From Lingula anatina (taxonomy: Eukaryota > Animalia > Brachiopoda), in contig CM120645.1 of NCBI GenBank assembly GCA_051362555.1, forward strand, positions 8,432,001 through 8,496,000: a stretch of 64,000 bases of DNA, read 5' to 3'. Of the stretch, positions 43,487-54,500 are shown in pieces. A program made the translations under genes and the position numbers. The stretch's first letter is position 1, and the number at the start of each line of letters is the position of its first letter. The notes beneath the pieces are model-generated. The model did not search any database and had not been told where the DNA came from. It was given only the letters and a program-made list of their open reading frames with translations.

Positions 43487-45365
43487 TTGCAGGTTTTGGA
43501 GAAACGGAGGCACATTCTGAAGATATCGATGTGTATGCAGATTGTTTGATAGATGCGCTTAATCAGGATCAGCTCTGTGATGGCAGTGCTGATGAGGATG
43601 AAGATGAAGATGAGGATGAGGACAGCTCAGAGATGGGGGAGAGCACAAGCAGTCTCCAAGATGAAAGAGAGAAGAGACTAGAAACCACAAAGAGATTGCA
43701 CAAAACAGTGGAATACTTGTCTTTCGATGAAGACAACACTACCTGTACATCGAATGTGACTGCTGCTCTGTTACCACAGGTTAGTTGATTTATAGACGTT
43801 AATGAGGGAGTAAACTTTCGGGGGTCTTTAAATTAAATATAATTCATACCGTTCTTCAAAGATCTGTCTGTCACGTTTTACCCACTGTAAGCGTAACATT
43901 GACTGTAATATTTAGGGTGTTATGTACTGGTTAAGCATTGACATATTGATGACAGTGCTGTGGAAAATGCCTTTGTGTTCCTTTTTTTTTTATTTATTTT
44001 TCTATGAGAGGTTAATACAACACAACCATGCAAAGGCGATACTGCCTCCTGGTATTGTACCACCAGCAGTAGTAAGCGCATTTGTATGGGAAACAAAAAA
44101 AAAAAAAAAAGGGACACCACCTCCAGTGTTGTGTTTGACAAGCTCTACAAAATGGAGTAAACAAGAGTTCTCAATTTATTTATTTAAAATGATAATTTAT
44201 TATAACAAAATCTTTTGAAAAAGTAAAACTGTAATCAATATGTCAATGCTTTAGCAGTGCTGGTGGTGACGTTGCATTGGGTATATGACTCCTTTTTTTA
44301 ACCAAGTGAAATAATACTGTGAAATAAGTCAATTAAGTGTGCTTGTCCTGTCATATTGGATAACCTTCTGGTTATGTGTATCATTATTTATTTCAGGAAT
44401 CTAGCCAATTAGAAGTTACAGAAAAGAAAAGCAAAAAAAATGGCAGTCAACGGAAATGTAGTTATTGCAAGGGTAAGTGCTTGCATTTCCCTTAAATTTA
44501 TTCATTTGACTTTATTGTTATCGAATGATTTTGCACCACAGTAAGACTTGGATAAATACATAGAAACAGTGGCAAAATCAGATAAATATACCAATTGATA
44601 AGGATATATAAATAATGGATAATAATGGATATATAAATAATGGATATTAAAATCCAACATGAAATTCCATTATATGAATTAAAACAAATTAGACAACATA
44701 AACGATAAAAAAGTTTGCAAGTCTATGTGTTCTGAAAGAAAGTTATGTTCATATGTTGTGCTACAGGACTCGCTTCAATAATATGTATGAGCTGATTAAC
44801 AGAAAGTGATTAAGGCTATCTGGAGAAAAACAATGCATTTTTCCTCTAATTAGGCATTGATGCAATACTGTGTTAGTAAAGGAAAAAAATTGTAGTTGGC
44901 GTAATGATTTCTTTTTGTTCAAATAACGTAGACATACCACTGCCTTGATTTTTGTACTATGTTCACCTAGTCAAAGATGTAGGTAGTATCATAGATAATA
45001 TGTCCGGGCACTTGTTTTGCAAGAGGTTTAACTTATTTTAGCAGGACTGGTTAAACTCCCAAGTAGTAGAAGATTCACCAAAATTCTAATAGCAATCTAT
45101 TTTCTTGGCTTAAAAATTTTTATAATGTTTTATTTCTTTGCTTTATCATCTTCAAAAACAATTTTCTCTGTTTGTCCTTTATTTCGTATAAATTATTTAC
45201 TCTATAGGTTCTATTCTTAAACTAAGCACTAATACTTAATCAAAATGAAATTTTAAGAAGTAAGATGTCTCATTTGATGTATAATTTTTAGGTTTGGGCC
45301 ACATCAACAGAGTGACCAAGGGGATCCCTACCTGCCCAAAGAGAAGAGCAGATGAAGGTCACTAA
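31315..45365 (+). CDS. Uncharacterised multidomain protein: ZNF451-type PIN/NYN-like domain + dsRBD + acidic tract + variant CCHC zinc knuckle (>=504 aa; 5' exon uncertain)
   Basis: Exons 31315-31457, 32659-32749, 33611-33784, 34289-34385, 39996-40259, 42103-42217, 43054-43247, 43493-43779, 44397-44472, 45292-45365. All nine introns are GT-AG with matching phases (2,0,0,1,1,2,1,0,1), giving 1515 nt of open frame ending in TAA. A candidate first coding exon is 30762-30860 (phase-0 donor gtaaga). AATAAA lies at 46119-46124. Confidence 0.85.
32062..32515. mobile_element. MITE (Harbinger-like termini) in an intron of the PIN-dsRBD gene
   Basis: TIRs ggggcccatttcacgaagcagtagttagt / actaacaactgcttcgtgaaacgggcccc, with internal subrepeats of the TIR. 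Confidence 0.85.
33806..34001. mobile_element. MITE-like inverted-repeat element
   Basis: ccctttttgcactggatggtgtcctttct pairs imperfectly with agaaatgacgccgtccagtgttaagggg. Confidence 0.6.
34490..36420 (+). mobile_element. Helentron/HINE-like element with degenerate internal tandem array
   Basis: 5' ttgtaccaccagc at 34494-34506; a duplicated gtcaccgttacagcttctcctcctagact block; several diverged satellite units at 35100-35770; 3' ctggtggtaca plus hairpin ggaggcagtatcacctct. An extra 5' fragment lies at 34010-34155. Confidence 0.75.
37320..39290 (+). mobile_element. Second interspersed repeat family, locally duplicated (~37320-37860 and ~38500-39290), with internal tandem subrepeats
   Basis: Both copies start cagatgtgtct...atcacctgcgtctgtcgtcgccgt and carry repeated caggtcaagttcgaaaatcggcatgatcgggcca units. 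A fragment lies at ~29585. Confidence 0.75.
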
Positions 45366-46483
45366 AGGTCACTGATGATTGGAATCAAGATTGTTTACGA
45401 TTTTTGTCGGAATACATTGCTATCTTTGCATAGACCATGTCCTGGCTTCAGAAACCAGCCCCTTTTGGAGTTTAAAACAGGGATGCCAAGTGTTTTTGTT
45501 CCAGGGTGCATTTTCCGGTGGAGATAGATTAGGCTAACTTGTTATTATAATTACCCATCAACTGACCAGGTGGTTGGAATTAGCTCACCAAATGACTGTG
45601 GATCAAACTATGTATCAGACTTTGTATTACGTACCCTAGTAGCAAGGCAGCATTGGATACTGCTAAGGATTATCACAATCGAAAATGGGGAGATTGTAAG
45701 AGATTAAAATTTATTTTTTAAGGTTTACCTTTTTCCGAGACAAGTGAAGTCTCAACCTTATCAGATTATATGATATTGTGTGCTGAAGTGAAGAACACTT
45801 TAACATATCTAAAAAAAAAAAATTTTTTTTTCCTTATTATGAGCATTGTCATATGAAGATCGTCATTTTCAACCATTACTGTGACATGCGCCATGGATTT
45901 GTTGCTAGAAAAATATTTTGCCACAGTTTTAGCATTACTATGCTATTTGTCATGGTGAAATAGTTACATCGGATAAAACAATGTATATAATTGCATTAAC
46001 AGGAATAAGGTATATGAAATAGTCTGAAAAATTAAGTTTTATTAAACTGATCATACGAAAAAGTTTACATGATGCATTTGTACACCTATTGGTATGCTGT
46101 TTATGAAATTTGTTAGTTAATAAAAAAATAAGACAGACCATCATTTTGTAAATAGTTTTTATTGAACTTAAAGGGACGGGATGCCAGAAGCATTAAACAA
46201 ATAGAAAAAATATTTCCTTTAAAACAAAAACCTTAAGGTATATAATATAGAAATACACATTTACTACATAAACACTCATAGTTGGGACGGAATGCTCTTA
46301 GAGAACTTAAGTAAACTTATTTTCAGTTTCCAAGTATTTACTTTGTAAACCCTTAAAGCAAATCTAGTGGTATCACTTCTAGGCACAAAATAAGAAATTG
46401 TGTATCAATTGTTTGGTAATTTGGACTCTTATTGGCAAACTCTACATGTCTGGACAAACTAATCGCCTTCACCTGTTGTCACA

Positions 46484-46723
46484 CAGTGGGGGATTTACAG
46501 GGGGTCCTGACCTCCCCCCCCCTTCAGTTTCTGAAAAATATATCACACCAAAATTCCCCTCTCAACATTAAAATTTTGACCAGCTAATTCATAATTTGAA
46601 ACTGAACCAAAGGGCACCATTTGCCTTCCAAAACACCAAGACACCTTGAGCAGGTCTTGAACCCCATGCCAAGAGGGGGAATGATCAGCTTCATATCTGA
46701 GCTTTGTCTTTCCGGACCCCCCC

Positions 46724-46775
<52 letters not shown>

Positions 46776-46813
46776 ACCACCACCCTTTTCAAATAATCCT
46801 GGATCTGCCCCTG
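46484..46813. mobile_element. hAT-like MITE
   Basis: Imperfect TIRs cagtgggggattt / ggatctgcccctg; flanks gtcaca / gtcacc (degenerate TSD); internal polyC and (CA)n. Confidence 0.6.
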
Positions 46814-47290
46814 GTCACCATAAACGGAAAACCATGTGACTTATTATTCTCAAACTTAGAATGATGATTCTTCAGACTGAAATGCAGTTTTAGTTCCAAA
46901 ACCAAATAATCCTCAATACCCAGTAGTCGTATTTAACACAAAACATATGAAAAGTATCTTCCTTACTTACAGTATCCTTTCATAAAATATTCTGAAACAT
47001 GTGGCAATGTATTTAATACACTGCCTAGCTGAAATAAGTACTAACATAAACCGTTAGAAGTTTACCAAAAAAAGTTAAGCATTAAATGAGAAACTGTAAG
47101 TTGGTTTACATTTTGAAAATGCTACCCAGATGATGCCAAAAAAAAGAAATAAAAAAAAATAGAAAAACTTGAAAAACTGCTGCCTAGGTTACTGAATTAC
47201 GAAAATGAGCATGTTGCATTCCTTTTTTTGTACAAATACTGTAAGTGATAGCACATCTTCAACTGAATGGATATTGAATGTGAGGAGTGA

Positions 47291-50200
47291 TTATTGTACC
47301 ACCAGCGTAGGCGCTGGCGGTACCCATGGTTTTAGTCCCGACCCGTATGTTCCGCCGGCTCCTGCGGCTCCTGCGGCTCCTGCGGCTCCGCCGCCAAGTC
47401 ACCGTTACCGCTTCTCCTCCTAGACGGTAAGGGCCCCTGTATCCATCTCTTGGATTTAGGTCACCTATAATCTCAACTCGTTCCACGTAAAATTTGGGCT
47501 TTGTCGGTATTGGGGTCTAGGTGTGGCACTCATTGCAATGCACCCTTGTCTAAAAATGGCAAAATTAAATGCTAATTATCTACCCTACGGAAGGAGTTAT
47601 GGGAAAAATTTCTACAGACAGCTTTCCAAAAGTCATATGTGTAGATTTCAAATATGCCCTTGGATTTGACCTTTGACCTTTATTTCAAGGTCAAACGGGC
47701 CAAAATTTTCAAAAAAATGAAATTTTTTACGAAAAAAAATTTTTTTGCCCTGTTATTCAGATACCACACAGACTTAACCAATAATATTATTAGAAAGTGT
47801 AACCCTTCGGGTCATCTTTCATCTCCCTGAATTTGGGGTCAATCGGTGCATTTTCACAGGAGTAGCGGCCATAAAGTACCGAAACTGAAAACTGTCTCTA
47901 ATTCGGGAACCGTTAATGCTAGAGACCCATTCTTTTTTGCATTTTGTAGAGCATGTAAAGCCCAACACTGGAAGTGGTCTCCGTTTTTTTGTATTCCAAA
48001 CGGTTTTCAAGTTACGCTGTGTCAAAAAGTACATATTGGTGGTGAAAGCAAAATGTGCAGTACGGTAATGGATAATAAATTTTGAACTCTGGAAAAATAA
48101 TACATAAGGCTTGGCAAAGCAGACAACTTGTGGTCAAAAATGACATTATTTCATCAAATTTGAACTTCTGGAACTTCAGAGCACCTCCTATTTTAAGAAT
48201 TTTGACCAAAATGATGTTTTCTTTATTTTAATTAATCTTTTCTGTAAGAAATTTATGGCACATTATGGTAACTCCAAAATTATAACATTTAGTCCCTTAT
48301 ATCTCCAAAACTGGCAGAGATAGGTCCATAGTTACTATTGAAGTTGAATAGGAAGTCACATACTGGCAATCCAAATGTGACCTTTGACCTACTTTTCACC
48401 ATGAACTGAACTTTGCAAATTTTGCTTCCCTTTTATCTCCAAAACTGGCAGAGATATGTCCATAGTTACTATTGAAGTTGAATGGGAAGTCATATACTGG
48501 CAATCTAAATGTGACCTTAAAATTGACCTTTGACCTACTTTTCACCACGAACTGAACTTTGCAAATTTTGCTTCCCTTATATCTCCAAAACTGGCAGAGA
48601 TAGGTCCATAGTTTTTATTGAACTTGAATGGGAAGTCATATACTGGCAATCTAAGTGTGACCTCAAAATTGACCTTTGACCTATTTTTCACCAAGAACTG
48701 AACTTTGCAAATTTTGCTTCCCTTTTATCTCCAAAACTGGCAGAGATAGGTCCATAGTTTCTATTGAACTTGATTAGGAAGTCATATACTGGCAATCTAA
48801 ATGTGAACTTAAAATTGACCTTTGACCTACTTTTCACCATGAACTGAACTTTGCAAATTTTGCTTCCCTTTTATCTCCAAAACTGGCACAGATTGGTCCA
48901 TGGTTACTGTTGAACTTGAATAGGAAGTCATATACTGGTAATCTAAATGTGACCTTAAAATTGACCTTTGACCTACTTTTCACCATGAACTGAACTTTGC
49001 AAATTTTGCTTCCCTTATATCTCCAAAACTGGCAGAGATAGGTCCATAGTTACTATTGAAGTTGAATGGGAAGTCATATACTGGCAGTCTTAATGTGACC
49101 GTAAAATTGACCTTTGACCTACTTTTCACCATGAACTGAACTTTGCAAATTTTGCTTCCCTTTTATCTCCAAAACTGGCAGAGATAGGTCCATAGTTACT
49201 ATTGAACTTGAAAAGGAAGTCATATACTGGCAATCTGAATGTGACCTTAAAATTGACCTTTGACCTACTTTTCACCATGAACTAAACTTTACAAATTTTG
49301 CTTCCCTTTTATCTCCAAAACTGGCAGAGATAGGTCCATAGTTACTATTGAACTTGAATAGGAAGTCATATACTGGCAGTCTTAATGTGACCGTAAAATT
49401 GACCTTTGACCTACTTTTCACCATGAACTAAACTTTACAAATTTTGCTTCCCTTTTATCTCCAAAACTGGCAGAGATAGGTCCATAGTTACTATTGAACT
49501 TGAATAGGAAGTCATATACTGGCAGTCTTAATGTGACCGTAAAATTGACCTTTGACCTACTTTTCACCATGAACTGAACTTTGCAAATTTTGCTTCCCTT
49601 TTATCTCCAAAACTGGCAGAGATAGGTCCATAGTTACTATTGAACTTGAATAGGAAGTCATATACTGGCAATCTAAATGTGACCTTAAAATTGACCTTTG
49701 ACCTACTTTTCACCATGAACTGAACTTTACAAATTTTGCTTCCCTTTTATCTCCAAAACTGGCAGAGATAGGTCCATAGCTACTCTTGAACTTGAATAGA
49801 AAGTCATATACTGGCAATCTAAATGTGACCTTAAAATTGACCTTTGACCTACCTTTCACTATGAACTGAACTTTGCAAATTTTGCTTCCCTTTTATCTCT
49901 AAAGTTACACTGTATCAAAAAATACATATTGGTGGTGAAAGCAAAATGTGCAGTACGGTAATGGATAATAAATTTTGAACTCCGGAAAAATAATACATAA
50001 GGCTTGGCAAAGCAGACAACTTGACATTATTTCATCAAATTTGAACTTCTGGAACTTCAGAGCACCTCCTATTTTAAGAATTTTGACCAAAATGATGTTT
50101 TCTTTATTTTAATTAATCTTTTCTGTAGGAAATTTATGGCACATTATGGTAACTCCAAAATTATAACATTTAGTCCCTTTTATCTGCAAAACTAGCAGAG

Positions 50201-50784
50201 ATAGGTCCATAGATACTATTGAACTTGAATAGAAAGTCATATACTGGCAATCTTACTGTGACCTTGAAATTGACATTTGACCTATTTTTCACCATGAACT
50301 GAACTTTGCAAATTTTGCTTCCCTTTTATCTCCAAAACTGGCAGAGATAGGTCCATAGTTACTATTGAACTTGAATAGGAAGTCATATACTGGCAATCTA
50401 AGTGTGACCTTGAAATTGACCTTTGATCTACTTATTATCATTAACTGAACTCAGCTAATTTCTTTCTCTTTTAACTCCAAACCTGGCAGAGATAGGTCCA
50501 TAGTTACTATTGAACTTGAATAGGAAGTCATATACAGGCAATTTACCTTGAAAATGACCTTTCACCTACCTTACGATGAACTTAAATTTGATTGTACCAT
50601 TTTTAGTTTCATATATTTTTTGCATATATTGAAAATTCTTGTTGATTGCATGTTTACAGCTTGTCAAGCACAAGACTGGTGACTGTGTCCCTTATTTTGT
50701 GTATGTGGGGGTCTATACGAATGCGCTTGCTCCAGCTGGTGGTACAATATTCGGAGGCGGTATCGCCTCTCTGATCCTCTAGTT
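47291..50784 (+). mobile_element. Non-autonomous Helentron/HINE-like rolling-circle element, apparently full length, carrying a satellite array
   Basis: 5' ttgtaccaccagc (47294-47306) and its exact inverse gctggtggtacaa (50735-50747); hairpin gaggcg-gtat-cgcctc (50754-50769); CTAGTT end; short (gcggctcct)n repeat near the 5' end; central tandem array. Confidence 0.8.
48296..49902. repeat. Tandem array: one 134-bp unit plus ten 146-bp units, with ~3 more units at 50175-50580
   Basis: The core atctccaaaactggca recurs at 48301, 48435, 48581, 48727, 48873, 49019, 49165, 49311, 49457, 49603 and 49749, with a truncated start at 49895. Confidence 0.97.
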
Positions 50785-51553
50785 AAAAAAGACATTTAAA
50801 AATCTGTAATAAAGAAGTATCACATACATACTAAAATTTCATCACAGCACTCTCAAAATAAAAAATGATATATGAACAAAGAACAGACAATACACCAGGC
50901 CTAAGAGAACGGTAATTACTCAATCTTTTCAATGGGGGAAAATTGTTAATTTTACAGTTACTGTATTTTTAAGTAATATTTTTTTTGAAAATTAGAACAT
51001 TCATATTGAGTGGTAGCAACAAAACTATATAGCAGGCTACTCGCTTCCATCCAGTAAAAGCAACACAAATGATAAACAGAAATATAATTTTTTGTAATTA
51101 TGAAATTATGCATCTGAAAGTTTGATTTTTTTTCCCATTGAAAAAAAGGGGTTAATTATTGTACACATGCAAAGAGACATTTGAAATTATTGCAACCTGA
51201 AGACTAAATATTAATATTCAGTAAGTTCTGTATGACTTGGTCTTGTACATAATATACTGGTTGAATACACAACCTGCAAAACATAAACAAAGTCACAGAC
51301 AAAGCTCCTTCACAGAAGTGTTTTCAAAACTTGAAAATAATTACAAGTTATATCAATAAGAAAAAGTTTAATTTTCTACTCTAATTTGGTTCAGTATTCT
51401 CAATTTTATATGCTCCCTGCAGGAAAAAATCATCAAAATCAATTGTAATCAAATTTTTATATCCATAATCACCTGCAGAGAGAGGAAAACAGTAAAATAA
51501 GATCCACATCTGTCATATATTTTCATAACGGCCCTTGCTCAGGCAAAAACCTT

Positions 51554-54500
51554 CTAAATATCAAACTTTGTTTTTCCCATGTTTTCAAGATCACTCCTCC
51601 TTTGGTCATTCTCCCCTGTACTTTCACTTTCTGTTTGTACAGCATCCAGTAGGTTCCAGAAATACTGCACAATCTTAGGAACTGAGCTCTCTCCAATTTC
51701 GTTCAAGGAGGCGAAGCTGCTAAAACTGGACACTGTGGACAAGCTGCGACGCAGTGTCTGATGGTGAAGGTCACTGATGTCCGTCTCCATGATGACCGGC
51801 TGATGGGTCAGTCCTGAGATTAAATGTTGTAGGAGGTTGCGTTCTTGTTCCTCGTTCAGCGGCCGTAGTCTAGTGACAACTTTGGCCAAGTACTCTAAAG
51901 TGTGCTTTGGCCCCTTAAATAATTATAATTTTAAAAATGTATGGAAGGAATATAATGTTAGTTTTTAGCTAGTTTTAAGTTAGTGATTTTTTTCCCAAAT
52001 TGTGCCATGCAGTAGATGGGCCTACAGGCCCCTTAACTCCTTTCCAAAGTAAATAGAAATTTCAAAGGGTGCTATGCGGCTGATGCGCCTAAAGGCCTCT
52101 TTACTCCTTTACAAAATAAAAAAGATGGAAAATTCAAAAAGTTATGTTTATTTACATGCATCTTTTCTTACCTTTTCTAATGTGGTAAGCCCTTTTAAAG
52201 GTTCCTCTACATACTGTAACATCAATTTTAAGTCTTGGATTCGTAGAATGGGTTCCTTAAAAATTTCAAAATGGAATGCATTCAGTCAAAAAAAAAAATG
52301 CTTATTCAACAACCATCTGCAATACATACAAACATAACAGTCAAAAGGTCACAAGTGGCTACGTCCACTGTTTAATGTAATGCTTCAATTCAATGACTTA
52401 ATTCGACCAGTTTATCAATGAAAATTGTTGATAACTGTGAATGATAGCCCAAGAATCTGGTCCAACTTGAATCAGCTGCTTCTTCATTCTCAAACCTCCA
52501 TGGGTGCATGTTTTTTCATACTCTGACCATCAGCAGCAGTAAATTTGTATTAAGTTTGATGTACCACAGATATGCACCTAGCCATCCAAATAATGTCACA
52601 GTGGTTTCCTAGAGCCCATTTAAAACAGATGAGCCATCTACTGATCTGCAGATCAAATATGGCGGACTCTACATGAAACCAGGGTCTGCTAAATCCCATA
52701 AAGAGCTCCCTGCCTCCACACGCGCCATTAAATGGATTAAAGCTCAGCTCTGAGGTTTAATTGTAAGTCCCTGCCATGGCGCATGTGGAGCTTGGAGGCG
52801 GGGAGACCAATACAGGATTTAGCGGTCTTACTTTAATGTATGTTCCATGCCCGTGAATTGAGTTTACTTGGCAGCCACTTTTTCAATTAAAAGAAGAATG
52901 TTATAGAAGCCGAAGCATTTTTTGTGGAAAGAAGAAAAAGGAACCCTTTTCTATTTCCTTGTTCTAACAGAGTAAACTTCCATCAAATGCTGCTGAAGTT
53001 CAGGTACGACTAGCGTGAAAGTATGGAAATTTGTGAATGAGGAGTCTGGCCCTTGTTAGGTTCAATACTGAAACCCACACAGGCTATAAACAACACACTT
53101 AATTATCTTGTTATACCTTGAGGTGGTCTATCCAGCTCCACAGCATGTGCCCTAGTACATAGGGGTTGGACTCTTTGTAAACATTTTCCCAACCTGTATC
53201 CACTGTGTTCAGTTGGTGCTGGAAAAATAAAGAAATAAATATATAAATATATGTAAAGTCGCATATAAGTTATTTACATATGTAAATGCGTATCAAACAA
53301 AACTTTTCACTAACTATAAATAAAAAAAAACCATGTTACTTTTATTTTAAGCATTTATGACTACTGGCCTCCTGTAAAATTTTTTGGCAAAACAATTTTC
53401 AATGAAAAAATATAGAAGTATATTATTTGTGTTAAATTATGAATTCTTATTGGCGGTTTAAAGTAAAACTAATAGCATAATACTAAAAATTAATTTGATG
53501 ATTTTATCTATAACCAAAATATACACTAGGCTATTTGCATGCAAAAGTGTAAACTGTTTTTAAAAACATGACTGTACTAGTATGTGTCTATGACATAACA
53601 CCTTAAGAATTTTACATACCTGATATTCCTCGGAACTTGTAACATCCGTCTGCTGGTGTTCCGCTACTGTCATGGCGTCCACAACTTTTGTAACACTTCC
53701 CTCCTCCTGTGGCTCATTACTCAAACTCTCGGCCCCCGATGTAGGGCTCAAACTGCCACTACGATTTTCATCACTCTGTGACAAACTGCATTCCAGACTA
53801 GCATCTAGGCTATTATCAGAGTTATTTGCTTGCAACTTGGTGTCTCTTTCATTGACGAATGCTTCTGATGCCGTCTCCTTGATCACGTCTAAATTTTCAA
53901 TGTGGTGTGTCTTGGTACAAGCTTCCTCCAGGTGGCGCTTGCGTTTGTTTGCCAACTCCAGGAGTCGCTCACATAAAACATAGATAGGCTGAAGAAAATT
54001 AGGTATATTTAAATTATTAATAAAATATTATACTAATGTCTTGTTTTTCATTCCAGAAGTTAGTTGCAAATCACAACAAAAACTTGGTAAAACAATTTCT
54101 TCAATTCTAATATAATATAATATAATATTATTATAATAGTTAGTATGTTATTTCTTATTAGGCACTAAAACTTGAAGTATGGTAAATGTCAGTAAAATAC
54201 AAAAGAAGTTTCATATGTATATTTTTGATGGAGTTGCATATTTGTGGCCATATCAGAATGACATTATCTCCCAAAACATAATTAAAATTTATTAAACACC
54301 GGTGTTTATCTCTTAAGGTTTCTTGAGGGAACTGCGTGAATACTTGGTTGTATATATAATATGCATGCTTTTAAAAATACTGGGGGTTTGAAAAATTGAG
54401 GAAATTTTTTGATTTTGCCTCCCAGAAAAAGAGTTATTTTTTAATGCATACAAATTTAAGATTCACATGAAAAGTTACTTACCCTCAAAACAAAGTCATT

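Noticed and set aside
48012-50090. Duplicated ORFs MVKILKIGGALKFQKF...
   Set aside because: These are chance ORFs in the duplicated leader of the Helentron-like element, with non-ATG starts and no recognisable domain.
48296-50580. Regular repeats resembling a CRISPR array
   Set aside because: The units are contiguous 146-bp near-identical repeats with no unique spacers and no cas genes, in a eukaryotic context.
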